Of a DNA stretch of 19,832 nt, positions 17,894 to 19,832 are shown in pieces. Every line of letters starts with the position of its first letter. Positions within the stretch are counted from its first letter, which is position 1. Both the position numbers and the translations under genes were made by a program. The stretch covers positions 1-19,832 of the forward strand of contig JBEQLE010000073.1 in the NCBI GenBank assembly GCA_040326155.1, given 5' to 3'. Below the pieces are notes generated by a model. It saw only the letters and a list, made by a program, of their open reading frames with translations, made no database searches and was not told where the DNA came from. Source of the DNA: Leptospirales bacterium (GTDB lineage: Bacteria; Spirochaetota; Leptospiria; Turneriellales; JAOUFE01).

Positions 17894-19832
17894 GTGTGCC
17901 ACGAACGTGCGACGAGAGAAGTTTCTGAAAGACGTTAGTCTTTCCCGCACGGTGCTGTTTAGAAGATGAGGGTGGGCCCCTCGAAACCGGCCTACAGGGG
18001 ATGGTTTCAAATCACCTTAAGCTGCTTTGGTAAAGAGCCATGGTAGTGAGCGTTAAGGAAAAGGCCAACTATATGATTGGTCAGATGAGTGCATGAGAGA
18101 CGAACGCAAGTGAACCACTGATGAAGTGTCGAAAGATAACATAAGGCGTTGTCAAAACCGGGGTGTGTACTTCCGTCCCGGGATAAGTTCGGGAGAAACC
18201 TGTTTACCAAGTGAGCCTTTGGCTCGCATGGTCTAAGGGCCTCAAGTGGCCCCGGGACTGCCCGAGCGGCAACCGGCATGTAGGTGGCGTGAAACATGCA
18301 CAGGCTTCTAAGCGGAACGTGGGAACCTGTCGTGCTGATGAGAAGGGAAAATACCAAGCAAGAAGGACTTGTAAGGTAGAAATACCGAAGCAGTGCATAG
18401 GGGCGGAACAACCCGTAGTAGTGATGAAATTCCTGTAATGGGAATGGAGCGAAGGGGTTGTATGATTCGTTTGATTATGAAAACAACCGGTTTACCGGGA
18501 GGATTTTTATGAGTAGAACAAAGTCGTTTGAGATCGAAAAACAGGCTGTATGGGAAGCTTTTAAATTGGTAAAAGCCAACCGTGGTGCAGCTGGTGTAGA
18601 CGGACAATCTATCCGGCAATTTGAAGAGAAGTTGTCTGACAACTTATACAAACTTTGGAATAGGATGTCATCCGGGAGTTATTTTCCACCTCCGGTAAAG
18701 GCGGTAGAAATACCGAAGAAATCGGGTGGAAAACGGACCCTTGGCATTCCAACAGTCGCAGACAGAACGGCACAAATGGTAGTGAAGATGAAAATCGAAC
18801 CGCTGATTGAGCCGGTATTTCATCATGATTCTTATGGTTATCGTCCTGGCAAATCTGCTAAAGACGCACTGGCTATAACGAGGAAAAGGTGCTGGGAATA
18901 CGACTGGGTATTGGAGTTTGATATAAAAGGACTTTTTGACAACATCGACCATACTCTTTTAATGAAGGCAATTCAAAAACATGTGAAAGAAGAGTGGATT
19001 ATCCTTTACCTGAAAAGGTGGTTAGTTGCTCCTCTATCGAATGTGGACGGGGACCTAGTCGAGAGAAAGCAGGGGACACCGCAGGGCGGAGTCATCAGCC
19101 CTCTTCTGGCGAACCTTTTTCTTCATTATGTTTTTGACCTGTGGATGCAGAGGAATCACCCGCATAATCCATTTGCGCGATATGCGGATGATGGGATTGT
19201 GCATTGCAAAACAGAAAAAGAGGCGTGCGAGATGCGCGATAAAATTGCTTCGAGATTAGTCGAATGTAAGCTTGAAATACACCCCGTGAAAACGAGAATT
19301 GTGTATTGCAGGGATTACAAAAGAACAGGAAAACATTCCTCTAACTCCTTTGACTTTCTAGGGTTTGCGTTTAGACCACGGCGAGCAAAAGGAAAGAAAG
19401 GGAATATTTTCATGGGCTTTTTACCGGCTATCAGTAATGGAGCAAAGAAGTCAATAAAGCAGACAATCCGTAGTTGGAATATTCCAACGCAAACCGCCGG
19501 GACGATTGAAGAACTATCTAAATATTATAACCCGGCCCTCCGGGGCTGGATTAATTACTATGGTTCTTTTTATCCGTCGGAGCTGGCGACTATATACCGG
19601 CACTTCGATCACAAATTAATAATCTGGGCCATGCGAAAATATAAAAGGATGCGGGGGAAATACAAAAAGACCCAAAACTGGTTGATTCGCATTTCGCAGG
19701 CTAATCCGGACCTTTTTCATCATTGGCGGATTGGCCACAAACCCAGCGGTTGGATCATAAGAGCCGTATGAAGTGAGAGTTTCAAGTACGGTTCTGTGAG
19801 AGCCTGCGGGGGAAGTTCCCGCGGGCTACTCG
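17894..19832 (+). mobile_element. Group II intron, bacterial class D (IIB, RmInt1-like); 3' end cut about 2 nt short by the window edge
   Basis: 5' GTGTG at 17894. DI closing stem ccacg 17899-17903 / cgtgg 18318-18322. alpha gcctaca 17990-17996 / alpha' tgtaggt 18279-18285. DV gagccgtatgaagtgagagtttcaagtacggttc 19761-19794. DVI 19798-19832 with bulged A. EBS/IBS pairing supports the 5' boundary. Confidence 0.93.
18509..19771 (+). CDS. ltrA: Group II intron reverse transcriptase/maturase (420 aa, no endonuclease domain)
   Basis: KANRGAAGVDG, RTLGIPTVADR, GTPQGGVISPLLANLFLH, RYADD (YADD at 19181-19192), FDFLGF, X domain LRGWINYYG. GGAGG RBS before ATG 18509. Confidence 0.96.
   Translation: MSRTKSFEIEKQAVWEAFKLVKANRGAAGVDGQSIRQFEEKLSDNLYKLWNRMSSGSYFPPPVKAVEIPKKSGGKRTLGIPTVADRTAQMVVKMKIEPLIEPVFHHDSYGYRPGKSAKDALAITRKRCWEYDWVLEFDIKGLFDNIDHTLLMKAIQKHVKEEWIILYLKRWLVAPLSNVDGDLVERKQGTPQGGVISPLLANLFLHYVFDLWMQRNHPHNPFARYADDGIVHCKTEKEACEMRDKIASRLVECKLEIHPVKTRIVYCRDYKRTGKHSSNSFDFLGFAFRPRRAKGKKGNIFMGFLPAISNGAKKSIKQTIRSWNIPTQTAGTIEELSKYYNPALRGWINYYGSFYPSELATIYRHFDHKLIIWAMRKYKRMRGKYKKTQNWLIRISQANPDLFHHWRIGHKPSGWIIRAV

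Noticed and set aside
17907..17911. GTGCG as the intron 5' end
   Set aside because: EBS1/EBS2 pair with 17881-17893, and the DI closing stem needs ccacg at 17899-17903. The cgtgcg here instead pairs internally with cgcacg at 17946-17951.
18007..18952. Short ORFs within the intron (18007..18411, 18204..18398, 18211..18438, 18308..18619, 18668..18952) and the longer IEP start at 18458
   Set aside because: Spurious frames over structured RNA or antisense to the IEP. ATG 18509 has the RBS and fits the class D N-terminus.
18509..19771. RT as retron, DGR or defence-associated RT
   Set aside because: It has the RT0 region and maturase X domain and is embedded in a recognisable group II ribozyme with DV and DVI.

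Overview
The window is bacterial DNA, most likely from a Leptospirales-like spirochaete. That placement is inferred from a Jag_N-FapA protein, a DUF4952-like lipoprotein and the style of the repeats. Bases 1-12470 look like core genome: a FapA/DUF342 gene (running off the left edge), a secreted hypothetical, rsmD, a Fis-HTH regulator whose sigma54-type AAA+ motifs are all degenerate, an MBL-fold hydrolase, a DUF2157-DUF4401-GDYXXLXY operon, and a dnaN-recF pair with neither dnaA nor gyrB next to it. Bases 12471-19832 are an accessory island. It contains a structured repeat, an IS30 tail, a beta-barrel gene broken by one in-frame TAG, a DUF4157 (eCIS-core) protein ending in a Tlde1/L,D-transpeptidase-like domain, a convergent DUF4952-like lipoprotein, and a ComQ-like prenyltransferase with no visible peptide gene. 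It ends with a 250-nt attC-like cloverleaf repeat and a class D (RmInt1-like) group II intron. The strongest observation is that the intron's EBS2/EBS1 loops pair with the GTTATC-GGATGTA right end of that repeat, so the intron appears to home into a cassette-like repeat family. All family assignments come from motif recognition by eye, not database searches.
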